Source: Nitrospirota bacterium
GTDB lineage: Bacteria > Nitrospirota > UBA9217
Direction of reading: 5' to 3'
Assembly (NCBI GenBank): GCA_963755045.1
Contig: CAVWIL010000010.1
Coordinates: 30,059-94,058, forward strand
Length of the DNA stretch: 64,000 nt
In this document: piece by piece, positions 44,809 through 54,649 of the stretch
Numbering within the stretch: position 1 is the first letter of the stretch
Layout of the letters: each line of letters starts with the position of its first letter
Program-made: the position numbers and the translations under genes
Notes under the pieces: model-generated
What the model was told of the DNA's origin: nothing
Database searches by the model: none
Seen by the model: only the letters and a program-made list of their open reading frames with translations

Positions 44809-45365
44809 TCCCCATTCACTGCATCCGCCTTCTTCATCGCATAGCGTCCTTGGGTGGACGTTCCTTTGCCGCCCGCCTTGCGGTACAACTCTGCTGCCTG
44901 CTCTTTCTTGCCCATCCGTTCGCTCGCCCTACCTGCCCAGTAGTACGCGGTGCCGACCAACATGCCGGACGTTGGATAGCTCTCGGGTATTTTCAAGAAT
45001 TCAGTCACCGCTTCAGCGTCTCTTCCGAGGAGAAGGGCGCAGAACCCTATCCAGTACTGGGTCTGCGCTCGCTCACCAGGCTCCTGGTATATGATCGCCT
45101 GTCGGTATGCATCGAGGGCATGTTGGTAATCGATCAGACGAAAATAACTGTCGGCGATGCGCGTATGGATAAGTCCCGGGGAAATAGCGCCGGACGGAGA
45201 GGATAGCACTGCCTGATATAAACGAATTGCTTCCGGGTAATGGCCTTGTGAGAACATCTGGTCCGCCTGTAAATATTCACGAGGAACGTTCTGACCACAG
45301 GTTATTTGCGGCAGGGCATACAGGCCAAGCATCATAAGGGAAATAATGAATAATTTTCTTTTCAT
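44775..45365 (-). CDS. Exported TPR-repeat protein
   Basis: Signal-like MKRKLFIISLMMLGLYALP and TPR-like helices (YPEAIRLYQ, ALDAYRQA, YYWAGRA). The C-terminus runs into the repeat element. Confidence 0.8.
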   Translation of the reverse strand: MKRKLFIISLMMLGLYALPQITCGQNVPREYLQADQMFSQGHYPEAIRLYQAVLSSPSGAISPGLIHTRIADSYFRLIDYQHALDAYRQAIIYQEPGERAQTQYWIGFCALLLGRDAEAVTEFLKIPESYPTSGMLVGTAYYWAGRASERMGKKEQAAELYRKAGGKGTSTQGRYAMKKADAVNGESTKYQAPNPK

Positions 45366-45496
45366 AATGTACCTTCCCGAGACTGTGTCAAATTTAACAT
45401 AAAGAATGGGTCTATTCAAGGAGTTATTTGTTGCCCATGACAAGAAGTCCCGGGTACATGAAAAGGATGGATTGAATGATGAACAACGGAACAACT

Positions 45497-45625
45497 CAAG
45501 CGTTGACCACGGAAAAGACCACTGAATATCACGGACAAGATACGGATAGGATAAAGGGATATATCGATATATGTAGTAGTTGGGTTGTTATCTCCGTGCG
45601 TCTCCCTCGGTGCAAATCCGCGGTA
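45497..45625. repeat. CACGGA/TCCGTG-type palindromic element (degenerate)
   Basis: ACCACGGAAAAGACCACTGAATATCACGGA ... TCTCCGTGCGTCTCCCTCGGTGCAAATCCGCGGT. Confidence 0.45.
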
Positions 45626-45705
45626 ATTTTCACAGAGTGTTCGAATGGTGAAATGGCAAGGTATTATCAAGGCAGACAACAAGTCACGGGGAATTCGCGC
45701 CGCCC

Positions 45706-47055
45706 CTACCGCTCCCTCGGAATCCCCCACTTCTTTCTCTTCTCCCAGAGCGATTTCCGGGTGATCCAGAGCATGTCCGCAAGCTGCTGTTCGTTGAACT
45801 GGCCCTGGTATTTCTGGATGAATGCCTTGGTGTATTCCTCGATGGAAAGCTTTTTATCAAAGACCTGCGTCTCGAACGATGACGCTGCCGCAAGCCCCAC
45901 GGGCAGGTGTTCGGGGGCAATGACGTTGCCGTCGGAGACAAGGATGGCGCGCTCGATCACGTTCTGGAGCTCACGGACGTTCCCCGCCCACTCGTAGTTC
46001 ATCATGAGTTCCAGGGACTCGGGAGCAATCTCCTTTATTGTTCTCCCCATCTCGTGTGAGTACTTTTCGAGATAGTGCTGTACGAGCGCTTTGATGTCTT
46101 CTTTCCGTTCCCGCAGCGGCGGGATCTGGAGCGAAATGACATTGATCCGGTAATAGAGGTCTTCGCGGAACGCGTTCTGCTTTACCGCGGCCTTCAGGTC
46201 CTTGTTCGTGGCCGTGATGAACCGGATGTCCACCTTGCTGCCCTTGGTGCTGCCCACGGGACGGATCACCTGGTCCTCGATGACCCGGAGCAGTTTGGCC
46301 TGGAGCGACATGCTCATGTCGCCGATCTCGTCGAGGAACACGGTGCCGCCCTCGGCTTCCTCGAGGATGCCTTTCTTGGTGGCGACCGCGCCGGTGAATG
46401 CGCCCCGCACGTGACCGAACAGCTCGGTCTCAAGCAGGTTCTCGGGGATCGCGGAGCAGTTGATCGGCACAAAGGGCATGTCGCGGCGGGAGCTGTTGTG
46501 GTGGATCACCCGCGCAAAGAGCTCCTTGCCCGTCCCGGTCTCGCCGAGCAGCAGGACGCTGCTCCTGGTGTCGGTGACCTTCCGGACCTCGTCGAGGATG
46601 GCCTTGAGCGCAGGGCTCTCGCCGATGATGCTGCTGAAATCGTAATCCTTCCCGATCTCGCGCTTGAGCAGCACGTTCTCGGCCTGGAGGCTCTTCTGCC
46701 GGAGGGCGTTCCGGACGACCTGCTTGATCTCCTCGTGGATGACCGGCTTCATGATGTAGTCGTACGCGCCGGCCCGGAGCGCCTTGATGGATGTGTCGAG
46801 CGACGCATAGGCGGTGACGACGATGATGATCTGGTCAGGGACCTGTTCCCGGACACGGGTGAGCATCTCGATCCCGTCCATGCCCGGCAGGATGATGTCC
46901 GTCAGGATGACGTCGTACATGCCGGTCTCGAGCAGGGCAAGGCCCTTTTCCGCCGACTCGGCGCCGTCCACCGTGTACCCTTCCTTGACAAAGATGCGCT
47001 TGATGGACTCCCGCAGCGTCTCTTCGTCCTCTACGATCAGAATGTTCTTGGACAT
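45706..47055 (-). CDS. Sigma-54-dependent response regulator (NtrC/AtoC family)
   Basis: Receiver domain (ILIVEDEE, TDIILP), GETGTGKE, ETELFGH.RGAFTGA, FLDEIG, REDLYYRIN and AGNVRELQN. Confidence 0.95.
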   Translation of the reverse strand: MSKNILIVEDEETLRESIKRIFVKEGYTVDGAESAEKGLALLETGMYDVILTDIILPGMDGIEMLTRVREQVPDQIIIVVTAYASLDTSIKALRAGAYDYIMKPVIHEEIKQVVRNALRQKSLQAENVLLKREIGKDYDFSSIIGESPALKAILDEVRKVTDTRSSVLLLGETGTGKELFARVIHHNSSRRDMPFVPINCSAIPENLLETELFGHVRGAFTGAVATKKGILEEAEGGTVFLDEIGDMSMSLQAKLLRVIEDQVIRPVGSTKGSKVDIRFITATNKDLKAAVKQNAFREDLYYRINVISLQIPPLRERKEDIKALVQHYLEKYSHEMGRTIKEIAPESLELMMNYEWAGNVRELQNVIERAILVSDGNVIAPEHLPVGLAAASSFETQVFDKKLSIEEYTKAFIQKYQGQFNEQQLADMLWITRKSLWEKRKKWGIPRER

Positions 47056-47077
47056 CGAAATCCTCTGTTTATCGTTA

Positions 47078-47355
47078 TCCGCAGATTACGCAGATTTCGC
47101 GGATTGTGAGAATGCAAAACCACGGTATTTAAGAGAAGCCGGTCCAAGGTTAAGCAGCACACCTGCAAAAGAACATGTTGATTTAGGATAATTAATTATT
47201 TGCGCTTCGTCAACTTTACCCAGCTTTGACAACGCCTTCAGTTCGACGATGACGGTCTCATGGCAAATGAAATCTGCCGTAAAACAATCTCATTGTTTTC
47301 TCGATTCAATGGTCCCATCCCAATTCCTCATCTGCGAATCTGCGTAATCTGCGGA
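47078..47355. mobile_element. Minimal element: GxxExxY remnant between 19-bp perfect inverted repeats
   Basis: TCCGCAGATTACGCAGATT (47078-47096) and AATCTGCGTAATCTGCGGA (47337-47355). Confidence 0.65.
47086..47283 (-). pseudogene. GxxExxY-family (PD-(D/E)XK-like) protein remnant, C-terminal half only
   Basis: Manual translation gives FTADFICHETVIVELKALSKLGKVDEAQIINYPKSTCSFAGVLLNLGPASLKY, matching the family pattern ADF...IVELKA...EAQ.INYLK...LLNFG. No N-terminal half or start codon. Missed by the ORF track. Confidence 0.8.
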
Positions 47356-47472
47356 CAAGGATTTACGCCTCCACCCGAATCTTGATGAAAAACCGCGTCC
47401 CCCTGTCCTTTTCGGATCAACCGTTGTAATTTCGTTGCATGCTTGAGCGGATGTGAGCGTTTGCACATCCAA

Positions 47473-47955
47473 CTACCTCCCGAACCTCTTCTTCAACTTC
47501 GCCACCACCACTCCCGGCACCAGGCTCGACACATCGCCGCCGTAGCTCGCGGCCTCCTTCACAATGGTCGAGGTAATAAAGGAATATTCTTCGCTCGGCA
47601 TCAAATACACTGTCTCAATAGTATTGTCAAGCCTGCGGTTCATGAGGGCCATCTGCAGTTCAAATTCAAAATCTGAAACCGCACGCAGCCCCCGGATAAT
47701 ACCGACTGCCTTCTTTTTATTGACATAATCAACGAGCAGGCCGTCAAACCCCTCGATCACGACGTTCTTATGCCTGCCAAACGCTTTTTTGAACAGGGTG
47801 ACTCGCTCTTCAAGAGAAAAAAGCGGCTCCTTCCTGGGGTTCTCCGCTACCGCCACGATAACCTTGTCGAATATTCTCAGGCTTCGTTCAACGAGGTCGA
47901 TGTGCCCGTTGGTGACAGGATCAAAGGTCCCGGGATAAACCGCAATATGTTTCAT
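47473..47955 (-). CDS. coaD: Phosphopantetheine adenylyltransferase
   Basis: YPGTFDPVTNGH, IRGLRAVSDFEFE and ITSTIVKE. Confidence 0.97.
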   Translation of the reverse strand: MKHIAVYPGTFDPVTNGHIDLVERSLRIFDKVIVAVAENPRKEPLFSLEERVTLFKKAFGRHKNVVIEGFDGLLVDYVNKKKAVGIIRGLRAVSDFEFELQMALMNRRLDNTIETVYLMPSEEYSFITSTIVKEAASYGGDVSSLVPGVVVAKLKKRFGR

Positions 47956-47971
47956 GGCATCTCCTTTTAAA

Positions 47972-48096
47972 AGGAGTCAGAAGACAGGAGTCAGAATCCA
48001 GGAGAGCTGAACTGATGATGAAAAACCTGACTACCGACTCCTGGTTCCCCGCTGCTGGCTACTGACTCCCGATTCCTGATTCCTGACCCCTGAACT
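47972..48096. repeat. Heptamer-repeat palindromic junction element
   Basis: AGGAGTC AGAAGAC AGGAGTC AGAATCC ... ACTGACT CCCGATT CCTGATT CCTGACC. The rsmD stop lies inside one arm. Confidence 0.8.
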
Positions 48097-48625
48097 TATA
48101 AAACGCCAGCACCGTATCGCCATACTTCGCTTCGCGATAAAGCGTCAAAACACCCGCATCGGCCGGTGACGATTGTTTCTTAAAGTGTTCGGCGATCACG
48201 ATCGAATCAGGCTTCAGTATCCCCGCGCCTGCTATCAGTTCGAGCAGGGGCTGCAGCTCATCCGCGTAGGGCGGATCGAGGAACACGATATCATACGACC
48301 CTGACGGTTTTTTGAGGAATGACTCGACCTTCGACAGCACGGCCCGTGATTGGTCTTCGAAACCGGTCTGCTCGATGTTTTGCTTGACCACAGTTAACGA
48401 TGCGCGCGACGAGTCCACAAAGACCACGTGCCCCGCCCCGCGACTGAGTGCCTCGATACCGATGCCGCCTGCGCCGGCAAAAAGATCGAGGAAAAAAGCG
48501 TCAGCCACCTTCTCCCCGAGGATGTTGAACAAGGCCTGTTTCACCTTGTCGGACGTCGGTCTCACACGAGACCCTGCCGGCGCCTTCAACCGTCGCCCTC
48601 TTCCTGTTCCCCCGGTCACTCTCAT
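48059..48625 (-). CDS. rsmD: 16S rRNA m2G966 methyltransferase
   Basis: RPTSDKVKQALFN, LDLFAGAGGIGIEALSRGA and FLDPPY. Confidence 0.95.
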   Translation of the reverse strand: MRVTGGTGRGRRLKAPAGSRVRPTSDKVKQALFNILGEKVADAFFLDLFAGAGGIGIEALSRGAGHVVFVDSSRASLTVVKQNIEQTGFEDQSRAVLSKVESFLKKPSGSYDIVFLDPPYADELQPLLELIAGAGILKPDSIVIAEHFKKQSSPADAGVLTLYREAKYGDTVLAFYKFRGQESGIGSQ

Positions 48626-48643
48626 CACGCGTTCACACAAGCG

Positions 48644-48708
48644 ATGCTACAGAAAAACTCATTCTGAGTCAAGCATTTCTTGACACGAATGGACAATGCG
48701 GATATACT
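48644..48708. promoter_or_regulatory. Back-to-back sigma70 promoters for rsmD (-) and nfeD (+)
   Basis: Minus strand TTGACT(48672)-17-TAGCAT. Plus strand TTGACA(48680)-17-TATACT(48703-48708). Confidence 0.6.
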
Positions 48709-48732
48709 TTTTCTATCCAGGGAGACATCCCC

Positions 48733-50100
48733 ATGCGCTTACCAATACGATTAACCGTTCTCATATCTCTCATCCTGATCATTGCTGGCGCGTTCCTTCT
48801 CACGGCGGCCGCCGACACGAACGAGCCGAAGAAGATTACAAAGCCGGAACCTCCTGCGGCTGCGCCGCTTCCCTCTGCAAAGAAGATACACCTGATCGAG
48901 ATCGACGCGCCCATCACACCCGTGGTTGCCGAGTACATAATCAAATCCATTGACCGCGCGTCGAAGGCCGGTGCCGAGGCGCTGATTATCCAGTTGAACA
49001 CACCCGGCGGTCTTGTAGACTCCACCCAGCAGATCGTGATGAAGATGATGGCTTCCAACGTTCCGACCGTGGTCTATGTGGCGCCGAGCGGTGGCCGGGC
49101 CGCCTCTGCCGGCGTGTTCATTACGCTCGCGGCCAATATCGCGGCCATGGCGCCAACCACGCATATCGGCGCCGCCCACCCGGTTCAGATGCAGGGCAAG
49201 ATGGACGAGACCATGGAAAAGAAGGCCGTGAACGACCTTGCGGCCTTTGTGCGGGGAATCGCCGAAAAGCGGGGCAGGAACGCAAAGTGGGCGGAAGATG
49301 CCGTGCGGCACAGCGTTTCCATCACCGAGACCGAGGCCCTCAAGGACAAGGTTATTGACTTCGTTGCGCCGGACATTGCTTCGCTCGTCAAAGCGATGGA
49401 CAACAAAACCGTTGACCTGGTCATCGGGAAAAAAACGCTCAAGACCGTTGGCGCCGAAGTGATAACAATGAAGATGGGGTTTCGTGACAAGCTCCTCGGC
49501 ATCATCAGCAACCCCAACATCGCCTATATCCTCATGATCCTCGGGTTCTATGGCCTGTACTTCGAGCTCTCGAATCCCGGCGCCATCTTCCCCGGCGTGG
49601 CCGGCGCCATTTGCCTGATCCTCGCTTTCTACGCTCTCCAGACTCTGCCGATCAACTACGCGGGGCTCATGCTCATTATCCTCGCAATTGCATTGTTTAT
49701 TGCGGAGGCCTTCATCACGAGTCACGGGATCCTCGGTGTCGGCGGGACCATCGCCATGCTCATGGGCTCGCTCATGCTCATCGATTCTCCTGCCCCGGTG
49801 CTCCAGATCTCATGGGCCGTCATTATTCCGGTCGTGGCCATGTCGGCCATCATGTTCATCATTACCGTCACGATCGCTATTCGAGTTTATCGGGAGAAGC
49901 CGACCACCGGCAAAGAAGGTCTGACCGGCATGCTGGCAACGGCGAAAACGGACATTCTTTCCGACGGGCAGGTCTTCATGCGCGGGGAATACTGGAACGC
50001 CTGGAGCGATGAGCCGATTCAAAAGGGAGAACAGGTCATTGTCATTGCCGTCGAAGGTCTCAAGGTCAAGGTACGGAAGAAGACAGAGGCAGGAAGTTGA
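48733..50100 (+). CDS. nfeD: NfeD membrane-bound serine protease (long form)
   Basis: LNTPGGL, RAASAG, IGAAHPV, FELSNPG and a C-terminal OB fold (GEYWNA). Confidence 0.93.
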   Translation: MRLPIRLTVLISLILIIAGAFLLTAAADTNEPKKITKPEPPAAAPLPSAKKIHLIEIDAPITPVVAEYIIKSIDRASKAGAEALIIQLNTPGGLVDSTQQIVMKMMASNVPTVVYVAPSGGRAASAGVFITLAANIAAMAPTTHIGAAHPVQMQGKMDETMEKKAVNDLAAFVRGIAEKRGRNAKWAEDAVRHSVSITETEALKDKVIDFVAPDIASLVKAMDNKTVDLVIGKKTLKTVGAEVITMKMGFRDKLLGIISNPNIAYILMILGFYGLYFELSNPGAIFPGVAGAICLILAFYALQTLPINYAGLMLIILAIALFIAEAFITSHGILGVGGTIAMLMGSLMLIDSPAPVLQISWAVIIPVVAMSAIMFIITVTIAIRVYREKPTTGKEGLTGMLATAKTDILSDGQVFMRGEYWNAWSDEPIQKGEQVIVIAVEGLKVKVRKKTEAGS

Positions 50101-50196
50101 ATCGTTCACATTTCGTAACTACTCAGGCCGGTTGCGGAGCTTCGGCCCCACAAGAGCGCAACTGAGTAATTACCACATTTCAAAGGAGGACTCACC

Positions 50197-50973
50197 ATGC
50201 CGCAGGTATTCGCAACCAGTTTGCTTTTCATGGTCATCATCGTAATCGCAATTTTTTACAATATCGTCAAGATCCTGAAACAATATGAACGGGGCCTTAT
50301 TTTTACGCTCGGGAAAGTGAGCGTCGAACATGGGGTAAAGGGGCCGGGGATCATTTTCCTCTGGCCCGGGATCCAGAAGATGGTTCGGGTAAGCCTGAGG
50401 ACCGTGACCATGGACGTGCCTGCCCAGGACGTGATCACCAAGGACAATGTTACCGTGAAGGTTAATGCCGTCGTGTACTTCCGGGTAATCGACCCGAACA
50501 AGGCCATCATCGAGGTAGAGGATTTCTACTACGCGACATCTCTCATCGCCCAGACCACGCTCCGGAGCATCCTCGGCCAGAATTCCCTCGACGATCTGCT
50601 CTCGAACCGCGAGGCCATCAACGCCGAGTTGCAGAAGGTGATCGATCTGCAGACCGAGCCCTGGGGCGTGAAGGTGACCACGGTGGAAGTGAAAAACGTG
50701 GACCTGCCGGCCGAGATGCAGCGCGCGATCGCGATCCAGGCCCAGGCTGAACGGGAACGTCGCGCCAAGATCATCCATGCGGAAGGCGAACTCCAGGCGT
50801 CGGCAAAACTGGGAGAAGCAGCCGCGGTCATCAGCAAGAACCCGATCGCGCTCCAACTCCGGTATCTCCAGACGCTCACCGAGATCGGCACCGAGAAAAA
50901 TACAACCATCGTATTTCCCCTGCCAATAGACCTTATGTCGGCATTCCAAAAAATGATGGAGAAAAAGGATTAG
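50197..50973 (+). CDS. SPFH/band-7 (slipin/stomatin-like) protein
   Basis: [37 protein letters not shown] and [10 protein letters not shown]. Canonical partner of nfeD. Confidence 0.95.
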   Translation: MPQVFATSLLFMVIIVIAIFYNIVKILKQYERGLIFTLGKVSVEHGVKGPGIIFLWPGIQKMVRVSLRTVTMDVPAQDVITKDNVTVKVNAVVYFRVIDPNKAIIEVEDFYYATSLIAQTTLRSILGQNSLDDLLSNREAINAELQKVIDLQTEPWGVKVTTVEVKNVDLPAEMQRAIAIQAQAERERRAKIIHAEGELQASAKLGEAAAVISKNPIALQLRYLQTLTEIGTEKNTTIVFPLPIDLMSAFQKMMEKKD

Positions 50974-51004
50974 CGAAGCGTAACGGAAACTGCACATAAA
51001 CCCG

Positions 51005-51033
51005 GGGCGGCCATCAAAGGCCGCCCTTTTTTT
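51005..51033 (+). terminator. Rho-independent terminator
   Basis: GGGCGGCC-ATCAAA-GGCCGCCC followed by TTTTTTT. Confidence 0.8.
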
Positions 51034-51110
51034 GTGCGCGAACAGCCGGTTTAAATCGCGGTATAATGAGAGAAAGAGTTCATGCATTCTTGACAGAGGG
51101 AGGAGGTACC

Positions 51111-51719
51111 ATGAACATGTTTATTCAATCGATGATGGGACTGTCGGTCATACTTATCGCGAGCACGACAACCATAGCTGCAACGAACCTTGAGAAAGCT
51201 ACTTTCGCAGGAGGGTGCTTCTGGTGCATGGAGCACCCCTTCGACGAAATTCCCGGCGTGGTGTCGGTAACCCCGGGCTACACCGGGGGACAGAAAAAAT
51301 CGCCCACCTATGAAGAGGTCTCGGCCGGAGGGACCGGACACGCGGAGTCGGTTCAGATCGTCTATGACCCTGCAAAGGTGACCTACGAAAAACTCCTTGA
51401 TGTCTTTTGGCACAATATTGACCCGGTTGCAAAGGACCGGCAATTCTGTGATAGCGGGCATCAATATCGCAGCGCCATCTTTTATCATAATGAGGAACAG
51501 CACCGGTTGGCCCTGCAGTCGAAGGCCCTCCTGGAGAAGAACAAGACCTTCAAAGAACCGATCGCAACCGAGATCGTGCAGGCAACCGAGTTCTATCCTG
51601 CCGAGGAATACCACCAGCACTATTACAAGAAGAACCCGATCCGTTACAAATACTACCGTACCACGTGTGGCCGGGACAGGCGCCTCAAGGAGCTGTGGGG
51701 TAGTGCGGCAGGGCATTGA
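51111..51719 (+). CDS. msrA: Peptide-methionine (S)-S-oxide reductase with signal peptide
   Basis: FAGGCFWC, GYTGG, GHAE.VQ, GHQYRSAIF and FYPAEEYHQ.YY. RBS GGAGG before the ATG at 51111. Confidence 0.96.
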   Translation: MNMFIQSMMGLSVILIASTTTIAATNLEKATFAGGCFWCMEHPFDEIPGVVSVTPGYTGGQKKSPTYEEVSAGGTGHAESVQIVYDPAKVTYEKLLDVFWHNIDPVAKDRQFCDSGHQYRSAIFYHNEEQHRLALQSKALLEKNKTFKEPIATEIVQATEFYPAEEYHQHYYKKNPIRYKYYRTTCGRDRRLKELWGSAAGH

Positions 51720-51832
51720 CAAGGGGAATCAGTTCAAAATTCGGGAACTGGAGTCCGTAGTTCGGAGTTGGGGTCGGGAGTAAAGAATTACTAAATTTCA
51801 ACATTCAGACTGAATCTTAACTGGAGAAAAAA

Positions 51833-51860
51833 AAGGGGACCGGTTATCACCGGTCCCCTT
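51833..51860. terminator. Terminator between convergent msrA and ferredoxin genes
   Basis: AAGGGGACCGG-TTATCA-CCGGTCCCCTT with an A-run on the left. Confidence 0.8.
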
Positions 51861-51884
51861 ATTCAATGTGTTCTGCTGATAGTG

Positions 51885-52070
51885 CTATATTTCCGTGACG
51901 GTAATTGCCTGCTGTGGGCAGTTCTCAACGCAGGTCAGGCAGTTGATGCACTCTGACATGTTTACCGGCTCGGACTTGCTGTCCTCGATCTTGAACACGC
52001 CCTGGGGGCATACGTTCACGCACGTGCCGTCGCCGTCGCACTTTTTTTTGTCCACGACTACCATGTACAT
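51885..52070 (-). CDS. Dicluster ferredoxin (copy 1)
   Basis: CDGDGTCVNVCP and CINCLTCVENCP. RBS AAGGAGG and its own TTGATT-17-TAATAT promoter (52150-52122). Confidence 0.93.
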   Translation of the reverse strand: MYMVVVDKKKCDGDGTCVNVCPQGVFKIEDSKSEPVNMSECINCLTCVENCPQQAITVTEI

Positions 52071-52160
52071 GGGTCTGTTTCCTCCTTCGACAAAGATATG
52101 AATCCATCCAAACGAGGGTGTATATTACCCACTCCGAAGGTTAAAATCAAGTGAGAAATA

Positions 52161-52190
52161 AAAAAAGGGCCCACCTTGTGGTGGACCCTT
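52161..52190 (-). terminator. Terminator after dsrP
   Basis: AAGGGCCCACC / GGTGGACCCTT stem with a U-tract on the minus strand. Confidence 0.75.
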
Positions 52191-52213
52191 GATTTAGTCA
52201 ACAATCGGTTTTA

Positions 52214-53386
52214 TTAATGCTCCAGCTCTATCCCCGCCGTTTCTTCCCTGACCGTGATCGCAATCTTGTAGAGCAGGGTCAGTACCAGGAACCCGATGGC
52301 CCAGATGCCGATGGTGATCATGGTCTCCGGCATGGTCGGCCAGTAGGGATGCACTTCCTCAAAGGGGTTCGGCACGAAACCGCCGATGATCAGGCCGAAA
52401 CCCTTGTCGATCCAGAGGGAGGCGAAGAGCATGATACACGCGAGCACCAGGGTCCCCTCGTTCTTCCGTATCGCCGGGACCCAGAGCATGACCAGCGAGA
52501 CCGCCGCAAAGATCGTCGAGACCCACATGAGCGGAACCAGCTCGCTATGACCTTCAAGACCGGTATACAGGTACAGGAAGGATTGCGCATGGCCCGGGAT
52601 GCCGCTGTAGAACGCGGTGAAGAATTCCAGTCCCAGGAAAAAGACATTCGCGAACATGGCATAGGCCACGATCCTGCCTACTGCCTGGATGGCCTCCTTG
52701 CCTGCATCGAACTTGCTGATCTTCCGAACGATCAGGGCAAGGATGATCAGGAGCGCCGGACCGCCGGCAAATGCCGAGGCCAGGAAGCGCGCTGCGAGGA
52801 TGGCGCTGAGCCAGAAATGACGCCCCGGGATACCGGCATACAGGAACGCCGTGACCGTGTGGATGCTGATCGCCCAGGGGATCGAGAGATAGATGAACGG
52901 TTTGATCCATTTTGGCGGGGCAATGCCCTTCTTGTCGGCGCTGAGGGTGACCCAGCCGACCAGGAGGTTTATAAACAGGTAACCGTTCAGCACGACCGTG
53001 TCCCAGAACACCATTGCCGACGGCGTGGGGTGCAGGAATATGTTCATGACCCTCATGGGCTGTCCCATATCCGACAGGATGAACAGCATGCACATGACCA
53101 CTGCCGAAATTGCAAGGAACTCACCGAGGATCACGATCTTAGCGAACGTTTTATAATCGTGCAGATAATGCGGGATCACGAGCATCACGGCCGAGGCCGC
53201 AACGCCGACCAGGAATGTGAACTGGCCGATATACAGGCCCCAGGTCACGTCCCGATGCATGCCGGTGAGTCCCAGTCCATACGAGAACTGATGGAGGTAG
53301 TTGAACACACCAACCGCGGCCAGGATACCGAGAAACGTGATCCATGCCCAATATTTTTTACTGCCCACTAATGCCTTTTCAAGCAT
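52214..53386 (-). CDS. dsrP: DsrP (NrfD family membrane subunit)
   Basis: TGMHRDVTWGLYIGQFTFLVGVAASAVM, SIPWAISIHTVTAFLY and WIDKG. Follows dsrO. Confidence 0.95.
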   Translation of the reverse strand: MLEKALVGSKKYWAWITFLGILAAVGVFNYLHQFSYGLGLTGMHRDVTWGLYIGQFTFLVGVAASAVMLVIPHYLHDYKTFAKIVILGEFLAISAVVMCMLFILSDMGQPMRVMNIFLHPTPSAMVFWDTVVLNGYLFINLLVGWVTLSADKKGIAPPKWIKPFIYLSIPWAISIHTVTAFLYAGIPGRHFWLSAILAARFLASAFAGGPALLIILALIVRKISKFDAGKEAIQAVGRIVAYAMFANVFFLGLEFFTAFYSGIPGHAQSFLYLYTGLEGHSELVPLMWVSTIFAAVSLVMLWVPAIRKNEGTLVLACIMLFASLWIDKGFGLIIGGFVPNPFEEVHPYWPTMPETMITIGIWAIGFLVLTLLYKIAITVREETAGIELEH

Positions 53387-54224
53387 GGTCGCTTCCTCCT
53401 ACGATATAATAAATGCCCGGGCCGGTACCCAGGTCGGATTTGCGCCGGATCGTATACTGGTTCTCCACGATCTTCCGGACCTCGGAGTTGGGGTCTTCCA
53501 GATCGCCAAAGAGCAGGCCGCCTTTCGGCGCTGCTTCAACACATGCCGGCAGTTTGCCCACGGCAAGCCGCTCGGTGCAGAAGGTGCATTTTTCCACCAC
53601 GCCTTTTCCCCGCTTCGGGTATTCCTTGTTCTCATTCTTGATGATCGGCGTGCCATTCGGATTATTGCCGAGGGGGTCTCTCCAATTGAAGCTTCGCGCA
53701 CCGTAGGGACACGCGGCCATGCAGAACCGGCATCCGATACAGCGGTGCTCGTCCTGCATGGTGATGCCGTTCGCGTATTTGAATGTTGCCTTCGTGGGAC
53801 AGACCCGGACACAAGGCGGGTTATCACAGTGGTTGCACGCGACGATGAACGGCATATCCTTGATATGTTCGCTCATGTATTTGTTTTCCTGGCCCGGGAA
53901 AGCTCGTTCGTAGGGCGCTGTCCATATCCATTTGATCTCGAATTTCTTGTCAACGCTGCCGTCCGCGTTCCGGTAGTCGGGAACATTGTGCGTCGAATGG
54001 CAGGCATCGATGATCTTCTTCACATCATCCTCGGTCTTGAACTTGCTCATATCCACGACCATGGCCCAGCGCTTCGCAAGCAACGCCTCCTTGTTCTTGT
54101 CCACTTCTTCAGGCCCCAGACCTTTTACCCAGAGGTTATGGGTGGCCGAAGCAGCTGTTGCGCCGAGGCCCAGAATGGAGGAGATGCCGGCTATTTTGAG
54201 GAATTTTCTCCTATCCATGCTCAT
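53379..54224 (-). CDS. dsrO: DsrO Tat-exported FeS protein
   Basis: MDRRKFLK Tat signal, RWAMVVD, CNHCDNPPCVRVCP, CIGCRFCMAACPY and KCTFC. Confidence 0.95.
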   Translation of the reverse strand: MSMDRRKFLKIAGISSILGLGATAASATHNLWVKGLGPEEVDKNKEALLAKRWAMVVDMSKFKTEDDVKKIIDACHSTHNVPDYRNADGSVDKKFEIKWIWTAPYERAFPGQENKYMSEHIKDMPFIVACNHCDNPPCVRVCPTKATFKYANGITMQDEHRCIGCRFCMAACPYGARSFNWRDPLGNNPNGTPIIKNENKEYPKRGKGVVEKCTFCTERLAVGKLPACVEAAPKGGLLFGDLEDPNSEVRKIVENQYTIRRKSDLGTGPGIYYIVGGSDHA

Positions 54225-54649
54225 GATTTGTTCTCCTCCTTCTCCTTCGGCGGAATATGGCAGTCCCAGCAATACGGGGTCACTGACATGTAGGTATGGC
54301 ATTCATCGCAGAACTTCTTCTTGTTGGAGTGGCAGTTCATACAGCTGTTCTGCAGGCTCATATTGAACCGTTTGTGGCTCGTGTCGCTGATGTAGCCCCG
54401 GTTGTCCTGACGCACCACCGCGTCCCGCCAGTTGTTCAGGAGCTGCATGTGTTCAGCCCGCATGAATTCTTTGGACTCCACACACTCCTTTTTGCCGTAC
54501 TGTTTTTCCCATTCCTGGATCGCGGGAGTATCAAATTTAGGTTCGGGCTTGGCATTGACCCTCCCGATATTGTAATAGAACGGAAATGCCGCGATCGCCG
54601 CGAACACCAGGATCCCGATGAATATTTTGCCGACGTCATAGAGTTTCAT
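54221..54649 (-). CDS. dsrJ: DsrJ triheme cytochrome c
   Basis: CVESKEFMRAEH and three CxxCH motifs (CMNCH, CDECH, CWDCH). Confidence 0.95.
   Translation of the reverse strand: MKLYDVGKIFIGILVFAAIAAFPFYYNIGRVNAKPEPKFDTPAIQEWEKQYGKKECVESKEFMRAEHMQLLNNWRDAVVRQDNRGYISDTSHKRFNMSLQNSCMNCHSNKKKFCDECHTYMSVTPYCWDCHIPPKEKEENKS

Noticed and set aside
45366-45494. Long N-terminus of the TPR ORF
   Set aside because: A signal-peptide-like start at 45365 fits better, so the upstream part is intergenic.
46075-47109. Long antisense ORFs (also 23387..24763, 52217..53371 and 41947..43617)
   Set aside because: These are shadow ORFs opposite well-supported genes, typical of high-GC codon bias.
27232-48096. 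Heptamer arrays as a CRISPR array or as terminators
   Set aside because: There is no constant repeat with unique spacers and no cas genes. The stems are imperfect, lack U-tracts and lie inside operons.
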